This document shows positions 36,540 to 46,444 of a DNA stretch of 64,000 nt, piece after piece; the stretch's first letter is position 1; every line of letters starts with the position of its first letter. The notes beneath the pieces were generated by a model. That model did no database searches. It was not told the DNA's origin and saw only the letters and a program-made list of their open reading frames with translations. Origin of the DNA: Candidatus Latescibacterota bacterium (GTDB taxonomy: Bacteria > Latescibacterota > UBA2968). The position numbers were made by a program, and so were the translations under genes. The DNA is taken from the NCBI GenBank assembly GCA_965204375.1, contig OZ241986.1, positions 5,952,001 through 6,016,000 of the forward strand, in the 5' to 3' direction.

Positions 36540-39425
36540 GTGATGGTTTCCTTTTTGAAGCGATTAGGTGTCTCTGCGCTCGTTCTGATTTTTTATAATA
36601 CTGTGGTTTTTGGAGCACCTCCAGTTGAGTACGAAAAGGTAGATCATCCCCCGAAGTTGGAAGGCGTGCTGGCTCGGATTCAAAAGAACTGGGTGGCGCA
36701 AAAACGGGCGTTGGCCAAGGCGACGGCACGACAATATGGTGCAGCAGCTATTGAAGGCGAAAATATTATTGTAGTATTGGAGCCGCGCCCTGGGAGGCTT
36801 GCGGAAAGTATTGATTTTGGGGCGTTGTCCAGTTTGGGCGTCAGGGTTGTTGCTCAATCGCGGCATTTGGTTGAGGTGTCTGCGCCCATAGCCGCGCTTG
36901 AAAAGTTGACACAGGTGGATGGCGTACAATTTGTGCGATTGCCCATAGAGCCAAAACCGCTCGTTGTCAGCGAGGGCGTGGAGCGCATCAAAGCACAGGT
37001 TTATTCGCGCAGTGGTTTTACCGGGCGCGACGTAAAAGTCGGAGTCATTGACATCGGGTTTGTCGGAGTGCCATCCCTGCAAAATCGAGGCGAATTGCCG
37101 CCCAATCTGTCTTACCGAGATTTTACAGGAGAAGGGATTTTTCAACAAGGTCGTCTTTCTGAAAGCGCAAAGGTGCATGGGGCGGCTTGTGCTGAAATTG
37201 TTCACGACATCGCTCCGGATGCTGAAATTTATCTTTATAAAGTAAGCGGTATGGTTAGTTTGGAAAACGCTAAGGATGCGGCAATTCAGGAGGGCGTTGA
37301 CATTGTCACGGTATCTTTGGGATGGGATTTCGCCAGAGGTTTTGGCGATGGAACAGGTATTGCGTGTGAAATTGTAGATGATGCTTTTCAGAATAATGTT
37401 TTGTGGGTGAATGCAGCGGGAAACGAGGCCCAAAGCAAGATCTCTGCACTGTTAAGTGACCCGGATGATGATGGATTTCATAACTTTGATGGAGACAATG
37501 AAATCGTCAACTTAAAAAATGTCCAAGTAGGAGAAAGAGTAAGCGCAGTGTTGACCTGGAATGAATGGCCTCTCACGTCTCACGACTACGATCTTTTGCT
37601 CGTAAAAATCAGGGTAGATGGCAGTACCGAGGTTGTTGCGCGTGCAGATACCAAACAACATCAGTCACAGCCTTTCGAAGGTCTTGTTTATACGATTCAA
37701 GAATCGGGAACCTATGGTTTGGCAATTTGGAGAGCACCGGACGCCAAAGTTACTCTTTTTAAATTGTTCAGTACAACCCATGCGCTCGACGGACCTGTAT
37801 CCATTGCAGGGTCATTGACGATACCGGGGGATGCGCGTGGTGCGCTGACTGTGGGAGCATTGCATCATTGGCAATGGACGACAGGGCCTATTGCGGAGTA
37901 CAGTTCTCAAGGGCCTACGTTTGATGGGCGAATTAAACCGGATTTGGTTGCACCTGCTGGCGTTAGTACCATAAGCTATAGCCCCGAGCTATACTTTGGA
38001 ACATCAGCGGCGACGCCCCATGTCGCCGGGGCGGCAGCACTCTTAAAATCTGCGGATCCCGTTCACTATAATGCGCGAAATTTGTATGACGCGCTGGTGC
38101 AATCTGTGGTTGATATGGGGGTTGCTGGACGGGATAATGTCTATGGCTATGGGAGGTTGGAGTTGTCTCTGCTTCCAGTGGGTACGCCCATCATGAATAT
38201 TTCGCGCACTGCGCTCGATTTTGGTGCGGTCTTATTGGGGTCATCCCAAACTCTTAACCTTGGAATTGTCAACACGGGTCAGGCGTCATTGGTTATTACA
38301 AATATCCTGTTGCCGTCCAGTGATTACAGCCTTTCTCAATCTTTTCATACCGTTGCACCGGGTCGTAGCAAACAGATTTCTGTCACTTTTGCTCCCCAAA
38401 GTGTGGGCGATAAATCTGGCAACATGACCATTTTGAGCAATTTACCGCAGGCCACTGTGACATTACGAGCACAAGGCGTTCGACAACCTGTTGTTCCCGT
38501 TCCGCAAATATCGATCAATGCTTCTCAGCGCGATTTTGGTAGTGTTGAAGTCGGTAGTTCAAAGTCCATGACTGTGACTGTTACAAATTTTGGAGATGCT
38601 TCCCTGTCAATTACAGATATTACTGTTAGTGATGCACAGGTGAGTGTTACGCCCAAACAATTTGTGATTCCCGCAAAGCAAAACGGCTTTTTTACGCTTC
38701 GGTTTGAGCCTAACAGAGCTGGAGATTTATCAGCGCGTGTGACCATTTATAGTAACGATTCCAAAACGCCTGCTGTCGGTTTCCCGGTTGTTGGAAAGGG
38801 GCTTCAATCTCAAACGACTTCCTTTACATTATCTCTTGTAACAAATGCGTCTGAAAATCAGGGTGTGTATGTCACGCCTTCGGATGGTATGATTGCTGTC
38901 GAAATTCACGGACAGCAGGTTGTGGATGCAATTGGGTTTCGCGCTTTGTTTGATTTTGATGCACCATTGTTGGCTTACGAGGGTTTTGATATTGGAGATG
39001 GTATTCCAAATGGACACTCGCCAGGGCCTTATTATCCTCCCAATCCTTCTTCTGTTGAAGTGATGGCAGCGTCATTTGGTGAGAAAATTGCACAGGAGTC
39101 AGTGAGGCTTGGCACGATACGTTTTCGCGTTTCGGATACGTTTCAGACGGGGCAAATACGACTGCGATATGCACGTATTCGACGGTCTGGACAATTTGAA
39201 GCCTTTGCCAATCCTGTGGTCTTAAGGTTTTCGCAACAGGGGACACTGAGGGCAGACTTTGATGGCGATGGTACAGTAGGGATAAGTGATTTTCTCCTCT
39301 TCACATCTCATTTTGGTTACGCAGTTGGTCACGCAAACTACGATGCACGATATGATCTGGATGGTGATGGACAGATTGGTATTGGAGATTTTTTGATCTT
39401 TACCCAGGAGTTTGGGCAGTCTTAA
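36540..39425 (+). CDS. Secreted S8 subtilase with two Ig-like (ASH/choice-of-anchor D) domains, cohesin-like and dockerin-like modules
   Basis: Triad VIDIG / HGAAC / GTSAATP, AAGN, KPDLVAP; two 'DFG.V..G' Ig units; ADFDGDGTVGISDF…YDLDGDGQIGIGDF. Confidence 0.88.
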   Translation: MMVSFLKRLGVSALVLIFYNTVVFGAPPVEYEKVDHPPKLEGVLARIQKNWVAQKRALAKATARQYGAAAIEGENIIVVLEPRPGRLAESIDFGALSSLGVRVVAQSRHLVEVSAPIAALEKLTQVDGVQFVRLPIEPKPLVVSEGVERIKAQVYSRSGFTGRDVKVGVIDIGFVGVPSLQNRGELPPNLSYRDFTGEGIFQQGRLSESAKVHGAACAEIVHDIAPDAEIYLYKVSGMVSLENAKDAAIQEGVDIVTVSLGWDFARGFGDGTGIACEIVDDAFQNNVLWVNAAGNEAQSKISALLSDPDDDGFHNFDGDNEIVNLKNVQVGERVSAVLTWNEWPLTSHDYDLLLVKIRVDGSTEVVARADTKQHQSQPFEGLVYTIQESGTYGLAIWRAPDAKVTLFKLFSTTHALDGPVSIAGSLTIPGDARGALTVGALHHWQWTTGPIAEYSSQGPTFDGRIKPDLVAPAGVSTISYSPELYFGTSAATPHVAGAAALLKSADPVHYNARNLYDALVQSVVDMGVAGRDNVYGYGRLELSLLPVGTPIMNISRTALDFGAVLLGSSQTLNLGIVNTGQASLVITNILLPSSDYSLSQSFHTVAPGRSKQISVTFAPQSVGDKSGNMTILSNLPQATVTLRAQGVRQPVVPVPQISINASQRDFGSVEVGSSKSMTVTVTNFGDASLSITDITVSDAQVSVTPKQFVIPAKQNGFFTLRFEPNRAGDLSARVTIYSNDSKTPAVGFPVVGKGLQSQTTSFTLSLVTNASENQGVYVTPSDGMIAVEIHGQQVVDAIGFRALFDFDAPLLAYEGFDIGDGIPNGHSPGPYYPPNPSSVEVMAASFGEKIAQESVRLGTIRFRVSDTFQTGQIRLRYARIRRSGQFEAFANPVVLRFSQQGTLRADFDGDGTVGISDFLLFTSHFGYAVGHANYDARYDLDGDGQIGIGDFLIFTQEFGQS

Positions 39426-39431
39426 AAAAGG

Positions 39432-41402
39432 TTGAATTTGAAAAGTACGATTCTATCAAAAGTGACGCGGCGGTCGCTTGTAATCGGTCTGATCATGGCG
39501 GCGTGGGTCAATTTTTGGCCTGTGTACGCGAGTCTGGTGCTGCATTCCACGCGTGCTGATCACGCGCATTTGTCCGTGGCTCTGCTCATCCCGTATTTGT
39601 TTTTGCTGGTGGGCAATCTGTTTCTGGGGCGGCGTGGTTTGTCGCCATCTGAATTGTTGGTCGTGTGTTGTATAGGCATAGTGGCTGCGTGTATGCAAGG
39701 GGAGTGGTTGTCGAATTATTTTCTCGAAGCGCTTACTATGCCGCACTATTTTGCGTCGGCAGAGAACCGATGGGGCGAATTGTTGTTGCCGCATTTGCCG
39801 GGGTGGGCTGTGGTAAATGACCGCGAGGCTGTGACGCATTTTTACGAGGGATTGCCGCCTGGGGAGGGGTTTCCATGGCGTTTGTGGATTGCCCCACTGT
39901 TCTGGTGGGGCACTTTTTTGGGTGCTATACTGGGTGTTAATCTCTGCTTGAGCGTGATTTTGCGAAAGCAGTGGGTGGCGCACGAGCGGCTGGCATTTCC
40001 CGTGGCGCGCGCGCTTTTGGAACTGACGGGTGTGTCTGGAACGCGCGGCACACTTTCATCTCTGGTGCGGTCGCGTTTTTTTCTGGTGGGGTTTGCGATC
40101 ACCTTTCTGCTTATTTGCTGGTTTATGCTCACCTGGTTTTATGTGGCTGTGCCGCCGCCGCCCATTTTGAGTGGGAATTTTGCGTCTAAATTGTTGCCTC
40201 TTGCGCGGGGTTTTCCGCCTTTTCAGTTTCGGTTCAGTATTTTGACACTGGTGTTTGGCTATTTCACAAATCTGGAAGTGCTGTTTTCAATCTGGTTTTT
40301 TCATGTGCTGGCTATTGTGCAGGCGGGGGTGTTTAATCGCTTTGGTCTGGAAGTGGGGAGTGTGGATCCGTGGGGGTCTTTTCACGCGGCGGTGGGGTGG
40401 CAGAGTTTTGGGGGGATGATCGTTTTTGTCGGCTGGGGTCTGTGGATTGCGCGGTCGCATTTGCGGGATGTTTTTCGCAAAGCGTTCTGGGGTGATGATC
40501 GCGTGGATGATACCGGGGAGTTGATGTCGTATCGGACCTCTGTATGGATGATGCTGGGCTGCTCTGCATATCTTCTGTTGTGGTTGAAGAGCGCGGGTAT
40601 GGCCTGGGGACCCATTTTGGCATTTTATTTTGCTACGCTGGTCTTGTATTTGGGATTGGCGCGGATTATGGTGGAGAGCGGGCTTATTTTTTTGCGCGGG
40701 CCGATCACGGCGCAGGCTTTTACCTGGCATTTGTTCGGCGTTTTGGGCATGGGTCCGGGTAGTGCGGTGATTTTGACGCTGACCAATGCGTTTGCATGCG
40801 ATGCCAAGACGTTTGCGATGACGCCTATGGCGCATGTGCCGAGGTTGGGGATGGCGATAAATAGCAGGTTGCGCAAAGTGCTCGCGCCGGGCGTGATGTT
40901 GGGGGCGTTGATTGGGACTGTGACGGCGGTGGGGTTTATTTTGTATTATGGCTATTATGTGATGGGGAGTTACAATTTTGGAACTGTGAGTTTTCGGGGC
41001 ATTGGGGCGCTGAATCTGGCGGGGTTTAACCAACTCGCCGTGGGGCGCATTCAAGCCGGGACAATGGGCACGAGTTGGGATCGCATCGGTTTTTTGGGGA
41101 TTGGTGCCGCATTTACGGGATTGTTGTTTTTCTTGCGGTATCGGTTTCCGGGGTTTCCGCTTCATCCGATTGGGTTTACAATTTCGGCTTCTGCACCGCT
41201 TCGCAATACGACGCTGACGATTTTTATGGTTTGGGCTTTGAAGACGATTGTGTTGCGCCTTGGCGGCTTGGAGCGCTATCGCAGGTTGACACCGCTTTTT
41301 CTGGGGATGATGGTCGCTTATATGGCTGGTACGGCAATCGGTGTTGTTGTGGATTGGATCTGGTTCCACGGGCAGGGGCATATGATCCATGTTGCGTGGT
41401 GA
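39432..41402 (+). CDS. Polytopic membrane protein, DUF6785/DUF6784-like (OPT-related putative transporter)
   Basis: LRKQW..HERLAFP, GELMSYR, FPLHPIGF, GG…YR…PLFLG; many TM helices. Confidence 0.75.
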   Translation: MNLKSTILSKVTRRSLVIGLIMAAWVNFWPVYASLVLHSTRADHAHLSVALLIPYLFLLVGNLFLGRRGLSPSELLVVCCIGIVAACMQGEWLSNYFLEALTMPHYFASAENRWGELLLPHLPGWAVVNDREAVTHFYEGLPPGEGFPWRLWIAPLFWWGTFLGAILGVNLCLSVILRKQWVAHERLAFPVARALLELTGVSGTRGTLSSLVRSRFFLVGFAITFLLICWFMLTWFYVAVPPPPILSGNFASKLLPLARGFPPFQFRFSILTLVFGYFTNLEVLFSIWFFHVLAIVQAGVFNRFGLEVGSVDPWGSFHAAVGWQSFGGMIVFVGWGLWIARSHLRDVFRKAFWGDDRVDDTGELMSYRTSVWMMLGCSAYLLLWLKSAGMAWGPILAFYFATLVLYLGLARIMVESGLIFLRGPITAQAFTWHLFGVLGMGPGSAVILTLTNAFACDAKTFAMTPMAHVPRLGMAINSRLRKVLAPGVMLGALIGTVTAVGFILYYGYYVMGSYNFGTVSFRGIGALNLAGFNQLAVGRIQAGTMGTSWDRIGFLGIGAAFTGLLFFLRYRFPGFPLHPIGFTISASAPLRNTTLTIFMVWALKTIVLRLGGLERYRRLTPLFLGMMVAYMAGTAIGVVVDWIWFHGQGHMIHVAW

Positions 41403-41405
41403 GTG

Positions 41406-41478
41406 GACGAATAGACGAATAGACGAATAGACGAATAGACGGAGCGGGGTACAACTGGTTCAGGCCAGTTCATCAACG
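41406..41478. repeat. (GACGAATA)x4 tandem plus dispersed hairpin module
   Basis: 8-bp tandem, then ACGGAGCGGGGTACAACTGG-TTCA-GGCCAGTTCATCAACG; second copy at 53771-53880. Confidence 0.75.
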
Positions 41479-42437
41479 CACGGGGTTGTGATTAACCGAT
41501 ACAGATTGGGGATTGTCTCCCGGTGGTCGCCCTGGATATAATAGCTTTCTCCGCCGTCGCGCACGGTGCGGACGAGGATGGTTTTGAAGGGGCGGTAGTA
41601 GTAGCGGGGGTCGGTTTTGGGAGCTTCGGTGTCGAGGTCGTCGCCGAGGGGGATGAGGTCGAAGACTGCTGTGGTAAATCTGGCGATGCTGCGGTCTTCC
41701 TGGCGGGCGACATTGCGGGCCATGGCGAGGGCTTTGAGATAGACTTCAGGTCCCATGATGGCCGTGCCGATGTTGAGGAGGACGCCGCCTTCGAGGTGGG
41801 AGATGGATTCTGTGAAAATTAAGAAGTCGGTGTAGGTGCTCGCGCCAATCGCTGCACCGTCGCAGTTGGGGTGTTCGTGGACGATGTCATAACCGATGCT
41901 GACGTGTGTGGTGATGGGGATATCGAGTCGGACAGCAGCGGCAAAAATACTGATGTCTTTGTGTGGGTAATTGCTTTCGAGGATGTTGCGCCCAACGGCT
42001 TCGCCCAGTCCAATGCTTTTTTGCGCCGCTGTTTGGGCAATGAGGTTGAGGTCGCCTGTTTCTGTCCACAGTCCAAATTCTCCGGTGCGGATATATTTGC
42101 CCACGCTTTCGGTGGTTGCGCCGATGCGGGCAAATTCGTAGTCGTGAATGGCACAGGCGCCATTGCCCGCAATATGGGTGATGAGGCCGCGTTCCATCAG
42201 GTCGATGAGATAGCGCGCGGCACCGGCGCGAATGACGTGTGCGCCGATCATGAATATGACCGCACAATTGTTTTGTCTGGCGCGTACTATTCGATCTGCG
42301 ACAATGGGAAGGTTGGGGTTGTCAAAGGGAGGTATTGGCGCGTTGAGGTCGGGAATTTGGTCGATAGAGAGGTCGTGTTCCCGCTGGTTGAGGGGGCGGA
42401 GTTTGAGTTTGGAGCGGTCGAAGGTTTTGTAAGGCAT
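41460..42437 (-). CDS. Conserved protein with deoxyhypusine-synthase-like fold (GSU2086-like)
   Basis: GAHVI, NGA.AIHD.E, IGYDI.H.HP..DG, N.G.A..GPEV.LKAL. Confidence 0.65.
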   Translation of the reverse strand: MPYKTFDRSKLKLRPLNQREHDLSIDQIPDLNAPIPPFDNPNLPIVADRIVRARQNNCAVIFMIGAHVIRAGAARYLIDLMERGLITHIAGNGACAIHDYEFARIGATTESVGKYIRTGEFGLWTETGDLNLIAQTAAQKSIGLGEAVGRNILESNYPHKDISIFAAAVRLDIPITTHVSIGYDIVHEHPNCDGAAIGASTYTDFLIFTESISHLEGGVLLNIGTAIMGPEVYLKALAMARNVARQEDRSIARFTTAVFDLIPLGDDLDTEAPKTDPRYYYRPFKTILVRTVRDGGESYYIQGDHRETIPNLYRLITTPCVDELA

Positions 42438-42447
42438 GTTCGCGGTT

Positions 42448-43170
42448 CTAAATGTATTGATATGCTTTCATGGCGGGATGTAAGAACTCAAAATCATGGA
42501 CGCCATCATCGGTTTTCCACCTGCCTACGGAATCGGAGCGTACGATTACTTTGCCCAATGGAAATCCGAGGAATTTCTCTACCCGCGCAAATGTCTCATC
42601 TTGATTTAATATCGCATCTTCAAATCGCACGGTGATGCAGTGTTTGGGCACGGGCGTGGATTTCATGATTTCATACTGATACAACCAGGAAATTGCCCGC
42701 CGTTCGCGTATGTCATCTGTGTGCGGATATTGAATATCGAAGTCGCGCAAATCATCTGTTTTGTGTCCACTCAAAATACAATCGCGCGGGTCGCGTACCC
42801 AGTGAATGTATTTTGCATCGGGAAACATGCGTACAATCCACGGATAGACCAGTGTGGTTTCGGGTAATTTCCATCCGTAGTTCTCGTACCGATTTCTGGG
42901 GGGAAGCACGTCTTGCAAATAGGTTTCGACGAGGTGGATGAATTTGGGATCAATGTCCATGGTATGCAAGGCATCAAAATCCCACGATAGGTCGCCATTC
43001 CATTTCACGTATTTTGCCATTACGCGGCACGCATCGTACAGCGCCTGGGGGGGCATTTTATCGCCCGATGCATTGATCAAGCGCCCCATGTACATACCGC
43101 TGGCATAGAGCGTGTGGGAGATCAACCGCGTGCCCGAATGCCCACGTCCGATAACTGTGACTAACGACAA
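42448..43170 (-). CDS. Sulfotransferase
   Basis: PAPS loop GRGHSGT, GWKLP, VRDPRD, VRFED, VGRWK. Confidence 0.85.
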   Translation of the reverse strand: MSLVTVIGRGHSGTRLISHTLYASGMYMGRLINASGDKMPPQALYDACRVMAKYVKWNGDLSWDFDALHTMDIDPKFIHLVETYLQDVLPPRNRYENYGWKLPETTLVYPWIVRMFPDAKYIHWVRDPRDCILSGHKTDDLRDFDIQYPHTDDIRERRAISWLYQYEIMKSTPVPKHCITVRFEDAILNQDETFARVEKFLGFPLGKVIVRSDSVGRWKTDDGVHDFEFLHPAMKAYQYI

Positions 43171-43182
43171 GGTTCTTTCTCC

Positions 43183-43980
43183 TTATAGTTTTTGTTCAAA
43201 CTCGTTTTTTATGCGAATTTTGTCGGCTGCATTTCCAAAGCCCAGGCTGAACCATCCTTCGTAGCCCATGGCATTTAAGCGTTTGAAGAGTGCGCCAAAA
43301 TCGATGGTTCCTTCCCCGGGTACCAGGTGTATTTCATAATCGCCATTGTTGTCATTTACGCGTACCTGGCCGATGTTATCTACGCCAAAGGTATCGAGAA
43401 ATCCATCCCAACCCTCGGGCACGAGATGTCCGTGCGCGACGTTGAAAGCCCACTTGAAGTGATCGGATTGAATAGCATCAAAAAACCATTGCGTTTCTTC
43501 GACATTGTGCGGCAAATAGTGAATTTCGGCGTGTTTGGGTTCCAGGTTGTGATTTTCAAAATAGATCGCTACGTCGGTTTTTTCCGCCCGATGTACCAGT
43601 CGTTTCATGCGTTCTATGGCAGCATCTCGGCGCGAGGCTATATCGCCAAAGTGATAGCCCCCATGGCCGACGATCCAGCCGCATCCCAACTGGACCGCCA
43701 GATCAAAATTGGCGTTTACATAGACATCGACGGCCTCGGATAAAATTGGGACATATTCGGCATTGTTAATGGCGGAGGAGGGATGGATGCCGATTTGCAC
43801 TGCGTGTTTTTCACACAGGTCTCGAATGTGTTTTATGCGTGTATTGTCAAAAGAGGCGAGATTATTTGGGGGCATATCGGCCTGAAAGTCGATATAGCGA
43901 AATCCATTTTCCGCACCCCATACAATGCCTTCTTCAAGGGGTGTATTTTTGTCCATGTTGTAGCCAAATCGTCCGCTCAC
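43183..43980 (-). CDS. Sugar phosphate isomerase/epimerase (TIM barrel)
   Basis: H.GY, ENH, DN.G…H..PGEG.IDF; GTG 43980 after GGAGG. Confidence 0.82.
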   Translation of the reverse strand: MSGRFGYNMDKNTPLEEGIVWGAENGFRYIDFQADMPPNNLASFDNTRIKHIRDLCEKHAVQIGIHPSSAINNAEYVPILSEAVDVYVNANFDLAVQLGCGWIVGHGGYHFGDIASRRDAAIERMKRLVHRAEKTDVAIYFENHNLEPKHAEIHYLPHNVEETQWFFDAIQSDHFKWAFNVAHGHLVPEGWDGFLDTFGVDNIGQVRVNDNNGDYEIHLVPGEGTIDFGALFKRLNAMGYEGWFSLGFGNAADKIRIKNEFEQKL

Positions 43981-44005
43981 TATTGCCTCCATTATCAAAA
44001 AATCA

Positions 44006-45205
44006 TTATCCAATCAGTGCCTGGTACACCAGTGTCTTAAATTCAGCGCGAATGCGGTAGTAATTTGCGGGCATAAATTGCGTGAGCAATAGCCCGACGA
44101 GTTCTTCTTCATAATCGATCCAGAACGCAGTTGTTGCCGCGCCACCCCAGCGAAATGTTCCCACACTGCCGGGACCGCCAGCGGCTGCATCGAGCAAAAT
44201 TGCGCCTCCCAATCCAAAACCTTCACCCGATAAATTTGCCAGTCCCAAAGAAATGGGCATCAATTCGTCGGGCAAGTGGTTCATTGTCATCAATTCGACG
44301 GTTTTGCGCCCCAGCAACCGCACGCCTTGAAACGCGCCCCCATTGAGCATCATGTGGCAGAAGCGGATGTAATCAGAGGCTGTGGAGACCAATCCGCCCC
44401 CCCCAGAATAGAATTTTTGCGGACTGGAAAATTTGCTGGTCGTCGGGTCATCAATTACTCGAATCCCACCTTCTTGTGCCGGGCCGTAATTTGTTGCAAA
44501 CCGATGTCCCTGTCCCTCGCGTACCCAAAATTCCGTGTCTTCCATGCCCAGGGGATCTAAAATTCGCTCTCTGAAAAACGCATCGAGAGACATGCCGGAG
44601 ATAACTTCGACAAAGTGCCCGAGTACATCGGTCGATACGCTGTAGCGCCAGGCTGTACCCGGTTGATTCGCCAGGGGTAGCGTTGCCAGTGTTTGTACCA
44701 TTTCTTTTGTCGAATGGTCTGGCCGATTAATTTTTGCCTGATTATACATTTGTTCGACGGGCGAATTGCCCATAAAGCCATAAGTCAGCCCCGATGTGTG
44801 GGTCATCAAATGGCGAATCGTGATTTCTCGCTCCAGGTCCTCTGGCGGAGCGTCTGTACCGGCGAAGACTTGTACATCTTTTAATTCTGGAATAAAATCC
44901 GATACGGGGTCATCCAGTTGAAAAAGCCCCTCTTCAAAGAGCATCATGGCCGCGACAGTTGTGATGGGTTTGGTCATTGAATAAATCCGAAAGATCGTAT
45001 CGCGCGTTGTGGGTACTTTTTTGTCTTGCGTGCCAAAACATGAAAAATGCGCGATTTTGCCCTGCCGACAAACCATCGTTATAATGCTGACGAGTTTGTC
45101 TTCGTCGATATAGCGTTGCATCACGCGATTGATGCGGTGCAAGCGCGTAGCTGATAGTCCCACATCTTCTGGTGCAACAATGGGAAGTCCTGGATCACTG
45201 TTCAA
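44006..45205 (-). CDS. Serine hydrolase, beta-lactamase class C/esterase family
   Basis: SMTK, LMTHTSG, PG..WRYS, GGGL.ST, WGGA. Confidence 0.9.
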   Translation of the reverse strand: MNSDPGLPIVAPEDVGLSATRLHRINRVMQRYIDEDKLVSIITMVCRQGKIAHFSCFGTQDKKVPTTRDTIFRIYSMTKPITTVAAMMLFEEGLFQLDDPVSDFIPELKDVQVFAGTDAPPEDLEREITIRHLMTHTSGLTYGFMGNSPVEQMYNQAKINRPDHSTKEMVQTLATLPLANQPGTAWRYSVSTDVLGHFVEVISGMSLDAFFRERILDPLGMEDTEFWVREGQGHRFATNYGPAQEGGIRVIDDPTTSKFSSPQKFYSGGGGLVSTASDYIRFCHMMLNGGAFQGVRLLGRKTVELMTMNHLPDELMPISLGLANLSGEGFGLGGAILLDAAAGGPGSVGTFRWGGAATTAFWIDYEEELVGLLLTQFMPANYYRIRAEFKTLVYQALIG

Positions 45206-45233
45206 AATTCGCTCCTTTCGGCAGAAGTATTTT

Positions 45234-46394
45234 TTAAGACGCTGTTCCGTTTAGTCCGGTCACGAGATCCGGCGGTATGGACGCTACGTGAATCTGGGGC
45301 TGTCCGCTCAGGTCGGAGGTGAATACCAGCCACCGCATATCCGGAGAGGCATAGGCGTGCGGATGCGCTTTTTTGACGAGAATTGAGGTGCGGGCGTCGC
45401 ATACGACCGCATTTTTTCCCGTCTGGATGGATCCCAGTATGAGCTTGCCGGATCCCTGCCAGTCATCGGCAAAAAAATACCGGCCGCACGGAGATGTCCC
45501 CAGGTGATTAAAACGGTACCCGCGCGAGACGACCCGGGGCGGTCCTCCGGCTTTTACTCCCAGCAGATTGCCCTTTTCGGGGGTGTAGTCGCCTTCTGCA
45601 AAATACCATTCTTCGGGGCTGTGTAGCCCCCGGGCGTTTGGGGCACGGACCGTGAGCAATATCTCGTTGGTTCCTGCAATCCACGCCTCGTGTCCCACGA
45701 TGCTGGGCGTATAAGGTTCCCCCACCTGCAACCGCGTCACCTTTCCGCTCGGGATATCCAGGAGAAATTCTGTGGCACCCTGCTCCCCGAAAATTATCGC
45801 CCTGGTACCGTCGGGCAACACCTTGCACCCCCGGTTGTGCTGTACCATAATTTGCTTGCCCCAGGTAGGCTCGAACTGAGTGTGTGGGTTACAAATATCC
45901 GGATCGGTGTGGATGAGATCCCGCGTGCCGGTCTTCAAATCCAGCAGTTCGATCCCGAACATCTGGGGTTCCAGGCTGAGGGTTACGCCGTAGGCATAGT
46001 AGCGCTCGTCGGGAGATACTGTGTCCATCCCCCGGTGCTGAAAATCTTCGGGAAATTCGAAGATCACCTCCCGTTCGCCCGTGGCCAGATCCACCCGCCG
46101 CAGTTCCAGGCATTTTCCCTCCTGTACGTGGCGGTAGTAAAAGATCCCGGTGTGGCTCATTCCCGGCGCTCGCAGCCCCTGTCCTATAACCTCACTCTTC
46201 CAGGTCCCGAATTCACAGGTCACATATTCATTATAATTCGGGCCGGGTTTCGGATTTTGCCGTTCGTACACAAAAACCCGGGAGTCCGCCGAACAATAGG
46301 GCTGTTCGCAGTAAATATTGGATTTTTCGAGTGGGTCGTCGGTGATCTGATAGACGACAGCGCCGTTTGCCTCTTCTTCAAGTGTTTTAGCCAT
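45234..46394 (-). CDS. Oligogalacturonate lyase-like beta-propeller protein
   Basis: YCEQPY, HTQFEP, GHEAW, HPHAY.SPD.RW..FTSD..G..Q. Confidence 0.7.
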   Translation of the reverse strand: MAKTLEEEANGAVVYQITDDPLEKSNIYCEQPYCSADSRVFVYERQNPKPGPNYNEYVTCEFGTWKSEVIGQGLRAPGMSHTGIFYYRHVQEGKCLELRRVDLATGEREVIFEFPEDFQHRGMDTVSPDERYYAYGVTLSLEPQMFGIELLDLKTGTRDLIHTDPDICNPHTQFEPTWGKQIMVQHNRGCKVLPDGTRAIIFGEQGATEFLLDIPSGKVTRLQVGEPYTPSIVGHEAWIAGTNEILLTVRAPNARGLHSPEEWYFAEGDYTPEKGNLLGVKAGGPPRVVSRGYRFNHLGTSPCGRYFFADDWQGSGKLILGSIQTGKNAVVCDARTSILVKKAHPHAYASPDMRWLVFTSDLSGQPQIHVASIPPDLVTGLNGTAS

Positions 46395-46444
46395 AGCTGG
46401 TCTCCTTTTCTATTGCCCTTCTGGTCCTGGCGGCCAACGTCCTG

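Noticed and set aside
40287-41390. 367-aa minus-strand ORF (likewise 6707-7624 and 36564-37433)
   Set aside because: Antisense to well-supported genes, biased composition, no motifs
41406-41441. Tandem repeats as a CRISPR array
   Set aside because: 8-bp units without spacers
44006-45205. Antibiotic-resistance beta-lactamase
   Set aside because: No signal peptide; motifs fit the broad cytoplasmic esterase/serine hydrolase group
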